Shown here: piece by piece, positions 39,574 to 49,861 of the stretch
Numbering within the stretch: the stretch's first letter is position 1
Layout: each line of letters begins with the position of its first letter
From: Gammaproteobacteria bacterium
Lineage (GTDB): Bacteria > Pseudomonadota > Gammaproteobacteria > Ga0077536
DNA: 64,000 nucleotides
Direction: 5' to 3'
NCBI GenBank assembly: GCA_016191285.1
Contig: JACPPA010000027.1
Location: 41,603 to 105,602 of the forward strand
The notes under the pieces: model-generated
Database searches by the model: none
Told to the model about the DNA's origin: nothing
What the model saw: only the letters and a program-made list of their open reading frames with translations
Translations under genes and position numbers: made by a program

Positions 39574-40038
39574 TTAATTCCAGCATGTCGCAGTGGTCCC
39601 TTTTTCTGATCGATGGTCGCCCTTTGAGGTTTGTTCGAGATAACCGCACTGCGCATCGGTATAGCCGACCGTGGTCACTCGTAATGTGTAGCTCGTTGCA
39701 ATCGTTCCCGCGCCATCAATGCCGGCGATTGACGATGCGGTGTAATGACCTTCCGCGGACGGCGGGTTGGCGACGTTATACCCAACCTGCGTGAGATCGG
39801 TGGTGTAGGTGTTGTTATCGAAGTAATAGCGTTCCATGCGCGATGCCACATCGGCCAGCAAGGCCTTGGCTTCGGAGCGTTTAGCGCGCAAGACATATTG
39901 CGTATAGCTCGGATACGCGATGGCGGTGAGAATGCCGACGATCACGACCACGACCATGAGTTCGATCAAGGTCACACCGCGCTGGCGCTGTGATCGTCGA
40001 ACTCCGTTAATCGAAATTGGATTGTCGCTCATGCTCAA
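39574..40038 (-). CDS. pilE: Type IV pilin-like minor pilin PilE
   Basis: Prepilin leader and cleavage motif QRG/VTLIELMVVVVIVGILTAIAYPSY. It is the last gene of the minor-pilin operon. Confidence 0.8.
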   Translation of the reverse strand: MSMSDNPISINGVRRSQRQRGVTLIELMVVVVIVGILTAIAYPSYTQYVLRAKRSEAKALLADVASRMERYYFDNNTYTTDLTQVGYNVANPPSAEGHYTASSIAGIDGAGTIATSYTLRVTTVGYTDAQCGYLEQTSKGDHRSEKGTTATCWN

Positions 40039-40092
40039 TGCTCCGTGCTTTTAGCGCAAAACGATCGGTATTCGGGAATCGATACATCTTTA

Positions 40093-43000
40093 TTAGTTCC
40101 CGCGATATTCGCGCCAGGATATTTCGCCGTTCTTAATACCCCCTAGCGTCGTCGCGTTCGTGGTGTTGATGGCGCCGGTCGAAGACTGCGTCACCGCGGT
40201 GACTTTGCCGGGGACGTCCTGTTTCCCGATATGAATACTCGGCGTGGATGCCAAGCCGGCACCCAAGTCCACGCTGGGAATAGATTCGGTTACACCTGTC
40301 GGACAGGAATTCGCCGGGCAAGGTTGCTGGCCAAAGATCCCGGTCGGTGTGGTCGTGCCGCTTTTGAAAAACAAACCCAATAGCTTGCTAGTTCCTTCGG
40401 CCCCGCACAGGTCGGTACTGGGCGTGAACTCGGTGCCGAATACCACGCTGTCGATGACCGTTGCACGGTTGACACTGCGGCCTGCTGGTGTGTCCACCGG
40501 CGTCGCTTGATTCGCATAGTCACGTTTCCAACCACCCGCGGCCGTGATCGAACTGACGATGCCTTTGAAGGACGCATCGGGCGTGGTGCCACCGGTGGTC
40601 GATACATCGCCGTTGCTGAAGACGCGGTATTTCGTCACATCGATCAGCCCATTCCCAGCACGCGCAACGACCGTGGGTTCCGCCAAACTGGCAACGCTCC
40701 CTATGTCTTTGTTTGGATCGATGAAGCCAAACATGGTTTGCGTGGTGTTGGTCGATTTATCCGCGTTGGCGAGAAACCGCCCGGAGCCTGCGATGACCCA
40801 GCGATTGAATTGCTCATCGGTCGCGATGGCGGGCTGCGAGACGAAGGGCAAATTCACACCGCTCAAGATTGTCCCCATGGTCCATTTCGTCGGATCGCTC
40901 TTCTCTCCAAGCGAGATCCTGAAGAGCCCGCCCTTGTTAGTTGCCGTATCGCTCGGATTACCGACCGTGCCGAAATAAATGGCTTCGGCCATCATGTTGA
41001 TGTTGTAGTCCGAGACGACTGGGTCGCCGATAAAAACATCTGGTGTCGTCAACGTGAAGGTCTTCACCAGTCCCCCGGTCGCGGGGTTTCTCAAATCCGC
41101 TAAGTCGTAGGCAAAAACCTGCGCGAATTTCTGACTCGGAGCGGTACCCGATTTGTAGCTCGCGTCGGCAAGTTCAGTCGGTCCAGAGCCAAAAACGAGA
41201 TACCATTTATTAACCGTATTGCCGTTCGGCGTTTGGAAGGTCGCGACTTGCGGGAATACGGTGGTCATCTGCAAGTTGGGCGGCGAAATTTCCGCCAGCA
41301 CCGTCGGCGCCTTTTCCGGATTCGTTACGTCCATCACCACATACGCGGATTTGGTAAGCACGCGGTCAGTGGTGGTCGCCGGATTGCCGTCGGTATCGAT
41401 GATAATACCGTTACTGTCCGCGCCACCGCCGAAGCGCATGCCAGCGACGAGCAACGTACCCCATCCATTGGGATGATCGGCATCCGGGGTAAAGACCTTG
41501 GCGTCGAACGCGCGCACGGTCGCGTCCACGCCGTAGACGTGGGAGTAGTCCTTGCGCGCCGACCATTGTAGGTGTGGAAGCAGGTTTTTCGGTATATACG
41601 CCCAAATTTCGCTACCCAAGGGATGCTGAACCTCGGTTCCGCTTGGTAGGGCGCGTAGATTGAATTGCGCAGTCGCGGCGTCGAAAAACCCGCCGTTGAA
41701 CGCATGGATCATGCCGTCGTTGCCGCCGATGTACACCACCTGCCGGCGATTACGATAACGTTCGCGAAATGCACCGTAAGTCCTGTCCTGCGCCAAGAGA
41801 TCAAAGGCCTCCGCCGGGGTGGCGACGGGTACCGGCGTGGAGTTGATGATATCGCCGAGCCGCATGATGGCTGGATCGCCATTGACATTCTTTTCATTGC
41901 CACCGCCTGTATAGTCGAGCAGGCGCGGCCGGAATTGCGTTAGACCCGTGTCCAGGCCGCGCGTCCACTTCACCAACGCCTGCCCGGCACTCGCCGTATC
42001 CGCGTCCAGCCAGCGGAAATTGGCGCCGGCGAAATTAGTGTCGACAAAGTCGATCACCTCACCGGTATCGACAAAGTTATTGAGATTACTGTCAACCCAA
42101 GTAAGGATGTGGCGCCCAAGGTTGGCCGGATCGGCGAACGCGCGCTGACTGGTGATCGTGGCTTCGCTTAAGTTCGTCAGCTGCTCGCGCGCATTCCAAA
42201 TGGTCTGCAAATCGCTCAGCTCTTTAATCTGCGAACCCGAGGGCGTAAAGGTGGTTGGCGAACTGCTCGAAAAGCGCTCGATTCGCGAACGGCGCAGGGT
42301 TGTGTCGAAGAAAATTCTGACGACCGGATCGATCGTGTAATCGTCGAGCTTGCCTTTGATTCCGGCGATACTGCTGTCTTCACGGATGAAGCCACGGGGA
42401 TCGATCCACAGCGCGTGTAAGGTGCCTATCCATTTTACTTCGCCGTTCTTATCTTTCTTGAAGGGGTCGTAAACGGCTTGAAACACCGCGCCTGTTCCTT
42501 GTTGGTCATTGGCGACAACGGCCGCTGCCGTACCGGACGATACCCGTTCGATGATCCGGTCAAAAATCGTGGTGAGCGCGGCCTCGAGCGCACCCGGATT
42601 AGTCACGAAGAAGAAATTGTCCGGGATCCCATCGCCGCCCGGCACCGGGCGGCCCTTCCCATCGAGGGTGTCCCACAGCGCATTCGTGCTGGGTGTGAGA
42701 TCGCCCTTGGAGGTATCGAAGCCACCCCATTTCGCCGCATAAAAGAGCGGGGATTCCAGGAGTTTGGCGGACGGATCCGCGCCTGCGGTAAAGGTGTACG
42801 ACTGTGCGCCGGTCTGGCCGCCGCCTTCGGAAATCGCGCGGCAGTTATTGCATCCCGGCACGCCGGACGGATCTGTGGTCGGAGCGGCGGCGAAGTAGTT
42901 GCCGCCTTTAATGCCGGAGTATGCGTGAAAACCGTCCTGGGTGCTGCCACTAATTACAAACCCGAACAGTTGTCCGTTTATGGTCGATTGCGCCACGGCT

Positions 43001-45294
43001 GTGGTCGTCACGGTCAATTTGGCCGGACTGACGGTGGTGTCGAGCCGATATTCGAGGGTGCCCCATTCGTCCTGGTCGTAGTCACCGCCTTGTTGGCTGT
43101 CTTCCCAGTTGATATAGAACTTCCCGCTGAAAATTCTGCTGCCGGGTTGCGGCTCGGCATTATTGCCCGGGTCCACTTCAGTATGCGGACGGACGATTTT
43201 GAAATCGGTCAGCGCACCGGCGCCATCCAAGGCCGAATTATTAAGCGCTTCGTTGGCGTTATTACCACCCTTCCTTAAGCGATAAGCCGGCAAAATCCGA
43301 ATCACTTGGCCCGTTACCGCGTTGACGGGGACGGTAATCGTCGGCGTGGCCGTGGCGAGCGAGACTGCGAAGGTATTCACCGCTTGGGTCCCCTGGAGGT
43401 CAGGCCGGATATCGTTGGTGTGCGCCCACCAGGCTTCACCAGCCATTGCATACGAACCATGTTGCGTCGGGCCTTCAGGGCAAAGACCAAACGCCTTACC
43501 GAGGCCCGTGACGGATTTCGCGGTGCAGATCCCGTTTTGATCGCCAGGGTTCGGACCGCCAGTGATGCTGCCGACGAAATATTTATTACCGGTGATGGCT
43601 TCCCCGTCGCCGACCTTATCGGTCAGTGAGATGAAATCCGGGGTGCCGGGTAGATCAGCCGCGGTATTTTGATCATCATCGTAGGAATTCACACTGGCGT
43701 TAAAAACAATCGTGTTTAATGACGCGCAAAAATTGCTCGAGGTCAGCGGGTTCGGATTCCAACTGTCACCCCCAAGCTCCGTGATGTAGTCCGGATCCTT
43801 GCGCGCGCCGCCGCTCTGCGCGTTGGGGGTGTTGACGGCGTCGAAGGCGGTGGTGGGTGAGCGCGAGTTGCCCGCGATGGCGAGATAGCGCAGCGTTTCA
43901 AGATAAATCTCCGAGATGGGATTTCCCCAGCTCGCACAACGGCCTTCTCCCGGTCCGTTGACCGGGGGCGTGGTCACTCGCAAATCCGTCAACTGGAAGG
44001 TGCAATTATCGCCACCCGAGTCACCGCTTAGATAGGTTCCATTGTTATAGCCATACCCCCAGATGCGGACGTTGTTAAGGGTTTTAATGATCCCGGTGGT
44101 GACCGCATTATTGAACGTGCCGTCGGCGACATTGATTTCGGGTGAACTCGGATCCACCAAACTGCCAATCTTTTTACGCAATACGCCGCCCGATATATTT
44201 TTTCCGTAACTTCCCGTGATGAGGCCGAAGTTAATGCGACCGTCCACGCCGTAACGCTGCAAGAGTCCCTCGGGCTTTTTGTTGTTCCCATACGGCGAGC
44301 AGTTTTCGAGATCATCGGTCGCATCGAAAAATGTCGATTCACAGACCGCGACTCGTACAATTTGATCGCGATCGCCGACGGGGCTGGTCAGTTGCACCGA
44401 CACCGGGGGATTGCCTTGCGCGGCAAAAATACCCGATCGCGCCGGGTTATTGGAGTTGTTACCGACGCCGCCGGGCACAGTTCCGGCAAATTCACTTTGC
44501 CAGGTGCATTGCCGGCGTTCGCTGGCGCCCCATAATTGATAATTCCCTTGCACCACCCGCATCATCGGCGGCGGATCGGGCGTTGCGGTCGGAGTCGCGG
44601 TGGTGGTGCCCTGTGAACTCCCGGTGCGTTTGTACGAAATATTGCAAATGGTGATCCCTTCATCGAGGTCGTCGATGCCGTTAGCGTTGCCACCGTTTGC
44701 CCTATCGGAAGGCACGTCCGCGTAGGGCGTGAGGCTCGCGATGTCGGCGCCGTCGTAGTATTTGGCGAAACTATGCGCGTCGCCCGGCAGGTGCGCCCGT
44801 TCCAATACCGTGCTGGTTGCGGTATCTGTCGAGCGGTATCCGCCATAGAGAATCTTGCGCACGATGTCCATGCGCGTCATCGTCGCCCAGTTTAGAAAAT
44901 TACCGCTCCAGGCGCCGGCGCAATAATGTTTGTTGACGCCCGCGGTAACCGCGACGGCGTGAAAGGTCTTAGTCGCATCGAGGTTATAGCAACGGTGTGA
45001 GTGAAAGTAACCGTAGTATTCGAAGGTGTCGGTATACGTGGTCTCGATCACGCCGTCGCGATTGAGGTCCGTGTAATCGTTATAGGCCTTAAGCCAGTAC
45101 TGGTGATCGAGCGACATCGACAGCATGACGATCGGTGTGGCGGTTTGCACGGTGGCAATCGGCAGCGACGTGAAATCGGACATGAGCCGGCCCGACAAAT
45201 TGGCTTCTGCCACCCCCGACCAAAGCGCTGGCAGGAAGCCTATACTGAGCGCAATTCCGGAAACGAAACTACGAAGGGTCTTTAGCGCATTCAT
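40093..45294 (-). CDS. pilY1: PilY1-family type IV pilus tip adhesin/biogenesis factor (unusually long)
   Basis: 1733 aa with a signal peptide. The N-terminal region is PilY1-like (PIVMLSMSLDHQYWLKAYNDYTDL). The C-terminal propeller shows VVYIGGNDGMIHAFNGG and NGWGTLLVAGMRFGG. It occupies the pilX-pilY1-pilE position. Confidence 0.85.
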   Translation of the reverse strand: MNALKTLRSFVSGIALSIGFLPALWSGVAEANLSGRLMSDFTSLPIATVQTATPIVMLSMSLDHQYWLKAYNDYTDLNRDGVIETTYTDTFEYYGYFHSHRCYNLDATKTFHAVAVTAGVNKHYCAGAWSGNFLNWATMTRMDIVRKILYGGYRSTDTATSTVLERAHLPGDAHSFAKYYDGADIASLTPYADVPSDRANGGNANGIDDLDEGITICNISYKRTGSSQGTTTATPTATPDPPPMMRVVQGNYQLWGASERRQCTWQSEFAGTVPGGVGNNSNNPARSGIFAAQGNPPVSVQLTSPVGDRDQIVRVAVCESTFFDATDDLENCSPYGNNKKPEGLLQRYGVDGRINFGLITGSYGKNISGGVLRKKIGSLVDPSSPEINVADGTFNNAVTTGIIKTLNNVRIWGYGYNNGTYLSGDSGGDNCTFQLTDLRVTTPPVNGPGEGRCASWGNPISEIYLETLRYLAIAGNSRSPTTAFDAVNTPNAQSGGARKDPDYITELGGDSWNPNPLTSSNFCASLNTIVFNASVNSYDDDQNTAADLPGTPDFISLTDKVGDGEAITGNKYFVGSITGGPNPGDQNGICTAKSVTGLGKAFGLCPEGPTQHGSYAMAGEAWWAHTNDIRPDLQGTQAVNTFAVSLATATPTITVPVNAVTGQVIRILPAYRLRKGGNNANEALNNSALDGAGALTDFKIVRPHTEVDPGNNAEPQPGSRIFSGKFYINWEDSQQGGDYDQDEWGTLEYRLDTTVSPAKLTVTTTAVAQSTINGQLFGFVISGSTQDGFHAYSGIKGGNYFAAAPTTDPSGVPGCNNCRAISEGGGQTGAQSYTFTAGADPSAKLLESPLFYAAKWGGFDTSKGDLTPSTNALWDTLDGKGRPVPGGDGIPDNFFFVTNPGALEAALTTIFDRIIERVSSGTAAAVVANDQQGTGAVFQAVYDPFKKDKNGEVKWIGTLHALWIDPRGFIREDSSIAGIKGKLDDYTIDPVVRIFFDTTLRRSRIERFSSSSPTTFTPSGSQIKELSDLQTIWNAREQLTNLSEATITSQRAFADPANLGRHILTWVDSNLNNFVDTGEVIDFVDTNFAGANFRWLDADTASAGQALVKWTRGLDTGLTQFRPRLLDYTGGGNEKNVNGDPAIMRLGDIINSTPVPVATPAEAFDLLAQDRTYGAFRERYRNRRQVVYIGGNDGMIHAFNGGFFDAATAQFNLRALPSGTEVQHPLGSEIWAYIPKNLLPHLQWSARKDYSHVYGVDATVRAFDAKVFTPDADHPNGWGTLLVAGMRFGGGADSNGIIIDTDGNPATTTDRVLTKSAYVVMDVTNPEKAPTVLAEISPPNLQMTTVFPQVATFQTPNGNTVNKWYLVFGSGPTELADASYKSGTAPSQKFAQVFAYDLADLRNPATGGLVKTFTLTTPDVFIGDPVVSDYNINMMAEAIYFGTVGNPSDTATNKGGLFRISLGEKSDPTKWTMGTILSGVNLPFVSQPAIATDEQFNRWVIAGSGRFLANADKSTNTTQTMFGFIDPNKDIGSVASLAEPTVVARAGNGLIDVTKYRVFSNGDVSTTGGTTPDASFKGIVSSITAAGGWKRDYANQATPVDTPAGRSVNRATVIDSVVFGTEFTPSTDLCGAEGTSKLLGLFFKSGTTTPTGIFGQQPCPANSCPTGVTESIPSVDLGAGLASTPSIHIGKQDVPGKVTAVTQSSTGAINTTNATTLGGIKNGEISWREYRGN

Positions 45295-45321
45295 CGTTTA
45301 ATACTCCATGACCATGCGGGC

Positions 45322-45969
45322 TTAATTTTTGATGAGTACGCGAAAATCCGCGCCAGTGCGGACCTGCGCATTACCCGCCGCGCTGCCCGTTGACCGTAAA
45401 TCCAAGAACACATGGGCGTCGGCGCCTGCCGCACCAACCCCCGTGCCGATATAGCCGGAACCCTGCGCGGCGCCGGAGCCGCCAGCCAACGCGGCGCCAG
45501 TGCGCGTGACCCAGATGCTCGACACCATGTCATTGCGCCCGCCTTGGTTGGCATTGCCGAAGAAATGCATATCCTCGGCGCGCGGCGTCAAACCATCGCC
45601 ATCCGGCGCTGGTAAATCTTTAATGACGCCGTTATCGCCCATGTAGTACAACTTGCTTCCATCTTTAACGGTGACTTCGGGCGGAATCACGAAGTTCGTC
45701 GAATTGGGGACCACGCCTCCCGGAATACTTTGTGGCCAGCCGCGATAAAACACGTGATAGGAAAGCGCCGGACCTATCGCCACGCGCGGTCCGTCCGAGT
45801 TTTGGAACGCGCGCCGGTTAAGCGTGGTATTGGTCGTCATTTTTAAGTCGAGCGTGGTGGAACGCATCGCGACCACCGCAATCATGGTCATGACCAGCAA
45901 TAACACCAACGCGACGATCAGCGCGAAACCATGTTCGCTCGACGCACCGCGACTCGATATATTTCTCAT
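45322..45969 (-). CDS. pilX: Minor pilin PilX
   Basis: ATG at 45969 gives MRNISSRGASSEHG/FALIVALVLLLVMTMIAVVAMRSTTLDLKMT, the PilX N-terminal signature. Confidence 0.75.
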   Translation of the reverse strand: MRNISSRGASSEHGFALIVALVLLLVMTMIAVVAMRSTTLDLKMTTNTTLNRRAFQNSDGPRVAIGPALSYHVFYRGWPQSIPGGVVPNSTNFVIPPEVTVKDGSKLYYMGDNGVIKDLPAPDGDGLTPRAEDMHFFGNANQGGRNDMVSSIWVTRTGAALAGGSGAAQGSGYIGTGVGAAGADAHVFLDLRSTGSAAGNAQVRTGADFRVLIKN

Positions 45970-45973
45970 GACG

Positions 45974-47074
45974 CTACCCACGAATGAGATTGCGAACTTG
46001 AATGGATGAATTGATAAGCTTGCGGCGGAATTTTTGGACTGCAACGGGGGCGGTATAAGTCTCACCCGCGCCGGCCGCGCCGCCGTACAAACGGTACGTA
46101 TTGGTGTCCGGCGGCATCGTCTGGTCGCGCTCTAGATTGCGCAGGATGAGACTTAAGCGCACATCGACGACTTTGTCCCAATTATTCGCGTCGGTAATAG
46201 TCGCTGCGTTTTGGTATTGATCGGCGGTTAGATCGCCATTGGTATCGAGGCCATAGCTGACCTGCATTTGCTCAACGCCAGCGATGATGTCTTGTTGCAC
46301 GAGTGTGGCGCCGTCGGTGTCGAGCACCAGGCGGGTTAACGTCGGAATCGCATCGTCCTGCCCATCGCATACGTTGGCGGTTCCCCGATCTTGGGATGAG
46401 CACTGACGGATGAAATACACTTCAAAGTTAAAGCGCTGGTTTGAAATATAGTCGGGCGCCTCGGTGTTGGTTTGGTCACGCAGATCTTGAATGCTTCCCG
46501 CGCCGTTGGCGAACAGCGCCGCGGCGTCTTCCGCTTGGTAAATCATGCCGCGGCGGCCGATGGCGGTACGCACCATGATCTGTTTACTTAGCGGCACGAT
46601 GCTAGCCGCGGGAATATTTCTGAGACTGAATTGGGGTGGCGAAGCGTAGCGCAGGACGATCATGTCCGTGTTCGCTTGATAATCGGCATTCGGAATGCAA
46701 CTCAAGGGAGAGTTTGCCGACGTTCCGTCGAAGCCGGTGATTCCAGTCCCGCTCAACACTGGACTCGCGGCGCAATTGAGGGGGATTGCCGCGATGCCGG
46801 GGTCCACCGTCAGATCCGGACCTTTTACTCCGCCCCAGTGATCCGCAAGGCGCAAGCTGTATTCGATCTGATTGAGCGCGTACCGCGCGTTTTCATTTAA
46901 AACGTTCGTGCCCTCTTGAATTCGATAGGCCTGCTTGTTGGTGACGAACAGCTCGACGATTCCCGCAAGCAGGATCAAGCCAACCGTAATCGCGACCATC
47001 ATTTCGATGAGCGTGATGCCGCGCTGGTTGAGCAGCATGCGTCGCACGGAGGCCTCCTTAAGGAACATTTGCAT
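45974..47074 (-). CDS. pilW: Minor pilin PilW
   Basis: QRG/ITLIEMMVAITVGLILLAGIVELF. An alternative start lies at 47038. Confidence 0.75.
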   Translation of the reverse strand: MQMFLKEASVRRMLLNQRGITLIEMMVAITVGLILLAGIVELFVTNKQAYRIQEGTNVLNENARYALNQIEYSLRLADHWGGVKGPDLTVDPGIAAIPLNCAASPVLSGTGITGFDGTSANSPLSCIPNADYQANTDMIVLRYASPPQFSLRNIPAASIVPLSKQIMVRTAIGRRGMIYQAEDAAALFANGAGSIQDLRDQTNTEAPDYISNQRFNFEVYFIRQCSSQDRGTANVCDGQDDAIPTLTRLVLDTDGATLVQQDIIAGVEQMQVSYGLDTNGDLTADQYQNAATITDANNWDKVVDVRLSLILRNLERDQTMPPDTNTYRLYGGAAGAGETYTAPVAVQKFRRKLINSSIQVRNLIRG

Positions 47075-47651
47075 ACGGAATTACTCGCATCACGAGAAGC
47101 TTCATGCCGGTATCGCCGGTAACATCAGGGTTAGCGACTCGGTCTCTCCTATCGACTGCACGTTCGGTCCACGCGATTTTAATTGCGTAAACACTGCCCA
47201 GGTAGTCGCAGGCCCAGGCCGCGGGGTTACCGTCATCGGGCGTGGAATCGATGCAGACCATGCCGGCGCCGCCTGGCAAGGTATCGGCGTTTGACGCCTT
47301 GGGTTTTGTCGCGTCCGTGGTGGCGACGTTCCAGGTTACGAGGTCATAGGTCGCGAGTTGGGCCGGCGTGCAGGTGGCGTTACTACAATCGGCGGTGCTG
47401 GTAACCGGCATCGCGCCTCGAATGTTATAGAGACCAGTGTCCATGCCAGCGCCATTAGCGCGCATGCGGTCCGCCATATTTTCCGCTTGCGCGGTGGCGA
47501 TCGCGCGCAATTGCGAGCCTTGGGTGAAACGCATGCCTTTGACTTGCAGACCCGCGATGCCCAGCAACCCGATCGAAAAGATCACGATGGCAATCAGAAT
47601 TTCGAGTAGCGTGAATCCGCACTCGCGCCGGCGGCCACGTTGATTTTGCAT
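47058..47651 (-). CDS. pilV: Minor pilin PilV
   Basis: ECG/FTLLEILIAIVIFSIGLLGIAGLQ. The ATG at 47651 forms a TAATG overlap with the upstream stop. An alternative ATG lies at 47663. Confidence 0.75.
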   Translation of the reverse strand: MQNQRGRRRECGFTLLEILIAIVIFSIGLLGIAGLQVKGMRFTQGSQLRAIATAQAENMADRMRANGAGMDTGLYNIRGAMPVTSTADCSNATCTPAQLATYDLVTWNVATTDATKPKASNADTLPGGAGMVCIDSTPDDGNPAAWACDYLGSVYAIKIAWTERAVDRRDRVANPDVTGDTGMKLLVMRVIPYANVP

Positions 47652-48265
47652 TACGGCGTGCATACTAAGGCGCTGCCATTCGGTTTTTTGGTGATGACGG
47701 ACGCGCGGCCGGTGCGGCTCACCGCAAGGGCTTTGGCTTTGGTCGCGCCGCGCTGATCGCAGAGGACGAAATAGGAATTGGTGCTGGAGCAGGCGCTGCC
47801 GTTACACAGCGCCGCGCCACTTCCGTTATAGGCAATTCGCCGCACGACATCGGGAGCGCCGCGCAGGGTGTTGACGCCGGTCAAACCCGCCTGAGCAGCC
47901 ACGATGCAGTCCGCCGTTGCACCAGCGGCACAGCCATCCGCCGTACCGGACGGCGCATCGTAGACGCCGTTGTTATTGCGATCGACAAAAACCTGCCAGC
48001 CACTGTTCCAATCGATGCCGGAAGTATCGCAGGTGGTGCTGAGAGTCGAAACGCTGTTCGTCACGCAGACCACCACTGGCGCGTTTTGCTTAATCGCCTC
48101 ATTGCGCGCAAGCGCCAATGAACTGGACAGCATGTTCAACTGCGAGGTGAGACGGTTATCGAGAATGAATTGATTCAGTGCCGGTACGCCAACGCCGATC
48201 GCCACCCCGAGGACCGCGACCACGGTCATCAATTCGATAAGGGTAAAACCACGTGTGTATCGCAT
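47651..48265 (-). CDS. fimU: GspH/FimT-family minor pilin (FimU-like)
   Basis: ATG at 48265 gives MRYTRG/FTLIELMTVVAVLGVAIGVGVPALNQFI. It is the first gene of the operon. Confidence 0.7.
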   Translation of the reverse strand: MRYTRGFTLIELMTVVAVLGVAIGVGVPALNQFILDNRLTSQLNMLSSSLALARNEAIKQNAPVVVCVTNSVSTLSTTCDTSGIDWNSGWQVFVDRNNNGVYDAPSGTADGCAAGATADCIVAAQAGLTGVNTLRGAPDVVRRIAYNGSGAALCNGSACSSTNSYFVLCDQRGATKAKALAVSRTGRASVITKKPNGSALVCTP

Positions 48266-48457
48266 GCCAATGAGTATCGTCCGTGGATCGCGCCCGCGCA
48301 CCCGCCATTCAGTTGAACGGTAGGAATCGACCAACCAGCGGTCGTTAGTCTTTCTTCGCGAAGGCTTTAGGCGTGACCGCGGTCACACAATGCGATGTTC
48401 CGGTCAGCACCGTCTCGTTACCTGGACTCCGCAACGTTCCTGCGTATACTGCCCCGC

Positions 48458-48892
48458 ATGCAGGAACTCGACGCCTTGCCCGACGCCAAACAGCAGTTGG
48501 CCACTGTGTTAAATGGGCACGGAATTCTGCCCACGGTGCAACGGGTCGAAATCGCCGCCATCCTGCTCGCGCACCTTCAACATCTGTCGGCCGAGCAGGT
48601 CCTGGCTAAAGTATCCACGGCCGGATTGGCCGTCTCCAAAGCGACGATCTATAACACCTTAGGGCTGTTTGTCGAACGCGGTCTGGTCCGCGAGGTCATC
48701 GTCGATTCCACGCGAGTCTTCTACGACTCGAACACCGCGCCCCATTATCATTTTTATAATGTTGACGACGGCACCCTCACCGATGTCGCCATCGACGATG
48801 TAGTGATAGCGCGCCTGCCGTCCCCCCCGGGTGGCACAGCGGCCACCGGCGTCGATATCGTCATGCGAGTTCGGAACCAGAAATTGCAGTAG
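48458..48892 (+). CDS. Fur-family transcriptional regulator (Irr-like, no Cys pairs)
   Basis: Winged-helix region HLSAEQVLAKV...SKATIYNTLGLFVERGLV, then FYDSNTAPHYHFYNVDDGTL. The CxxC motifs typical of Fur/Zur are absent. Confidence 0.7.
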   Translation: MQELDALPDAKQQLATVLNGHGILPTVQRVEIAAILLAHLQHLSAEQVLAKVSTAGLAVSKATIYNTLGLFVERGLVREVIVDSTRVFYDSNTAPHYHFYNVDDGTLTDVAIDDVVIARLPSPPGGTAATGVDIVMRVRNQKLQ

Positions 48893-48932
48893 GTCCGGGC
48901 TAGTGCTTCGGGTATTATCCGCGGCCTATAAA

Positions 48933-49008
<76 letters not shown>

Positions 49009-49174
49009 ACGATATCAGCTAGTTACGAATAATCCTCGACTTAGTCTTCGCTCACGAGGTTTCGATTTGGTGTCAGTAACGGTGGCAGTAACGATTTAGG
49101 CAGCCGGGCGGCAATCTTAAAACCAGCAGCGCTTTAGGCCGCTAGCAATCTGCAACGATGCGTAAGGACGAGGT

Positions 49175-49405
49175 ATGAAGATCACGGTCATGGCGGTGTG
49201 GGACGACGAAGCGAAAGTCTGGGTCGCGACGAGCGACGATGTGCCAGGGCTGGTCGTCGAAGGCCCTACAGTCGAACTCCTGCGCCAAAAAGTTTTAGCT
49301 CTAATTCCCGAACTCTTGGAATTAAATGGGATGGCGCAGCCGCACGGCGCTGATCTGCCGTTGCACCTCCATTACGAAGAACAACGTACGGTCCATATCG
49401 CGTAG
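49175..49405 (+). CDS. hicB: HicB-like (DUF1902-type) antitoxin
   Basis: 76 aa: MKITVMAVWDDEAKVWVATSDDVPGLVVEGPTVELL. A good SD (AAGGACGAGG) precedes it. It ends 5 nt before hicA. Confidence 0.6.
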   Translation: MKITVMAVWDDEAKVWVATSDDVPGLVVEGPTVELLRQKVLALIPELLELNGMAQPHGADLPLHLHYEEQRTVHIA

Positions 49406-49410
49406 CCGCT

Positions 49411-49605
49411 TTGGCCGGCTATACCCGAGAACTAAAACAAGCGCTTCGTGCTGCAGGGTGCCGATTTCATCGCCAGGGGAAGGGCGACCACGAAATTTGG
49501 TATAGCCCGATGACTGATCGCTACTTTCCTGTCGATAGCGATATCAAGTCGCGACACACGGCGAACGCGGTGCTCGTACAAGCTGGATTGGCGAAGCAGT
49601 TTTAA
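49411..49605 (+). CDS. hicA: HicA-family mRNA-interferase toxin
   Basis: 64 aa: LKQALRAAGCRFHRQGKGDHEIWYSP...HTANAVLVQAGL. TTG start. Confidence 0.6.
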   Translation: MAGYTRELKQALRAAGCRFHRQGKGDHEIWYSPMTDRYFPVDSDIKSRHTANAVLVQAGLAKQF

Positions 49606-49632
49606 ATTTCGGCAAGGTTTTCGGTTGGAGGC

Positions 49633-49845
49633 CTAAGGCGATAACGGCGCAAGACTGTTGGGAGAGGGTGCCTCAAGTGAGGCATGCTGGTTAGCGTGCA
49701 AATTTGCACCCTTTACAGTTGGTCGATGCGGCGGCATATCCGCTAACTCCGCCGCCACCATCGCCCGCTGACTTTCGTTCAAATGTCGGCGATGGAGGTT
49801 GAGACTGATCACATAACCCAATGGATCGCCGCCGTCGTAGACTTT
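49633..49845 (-). pseudogene. Remnant of a ParB/Srx-like nuclease-domain gene
   Basis: Only the internal block YDGGDPLGYVISLNLHRRHLNESQRAMVAAELA is recognisable. The N-terminal ParB domain is missing and the C-terminus diverges. Confidence 0.5.
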
Positions 49846-49861
49846 TGCAACTGGGATGAGA

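Noticed and set aside
42478-43278. 266-aa plus-strand ORF, plus several others at 40507-41103 and 43306-43629
   Set aside because: All are antisense shadows inside the 5.2-kb pilY1 gene.
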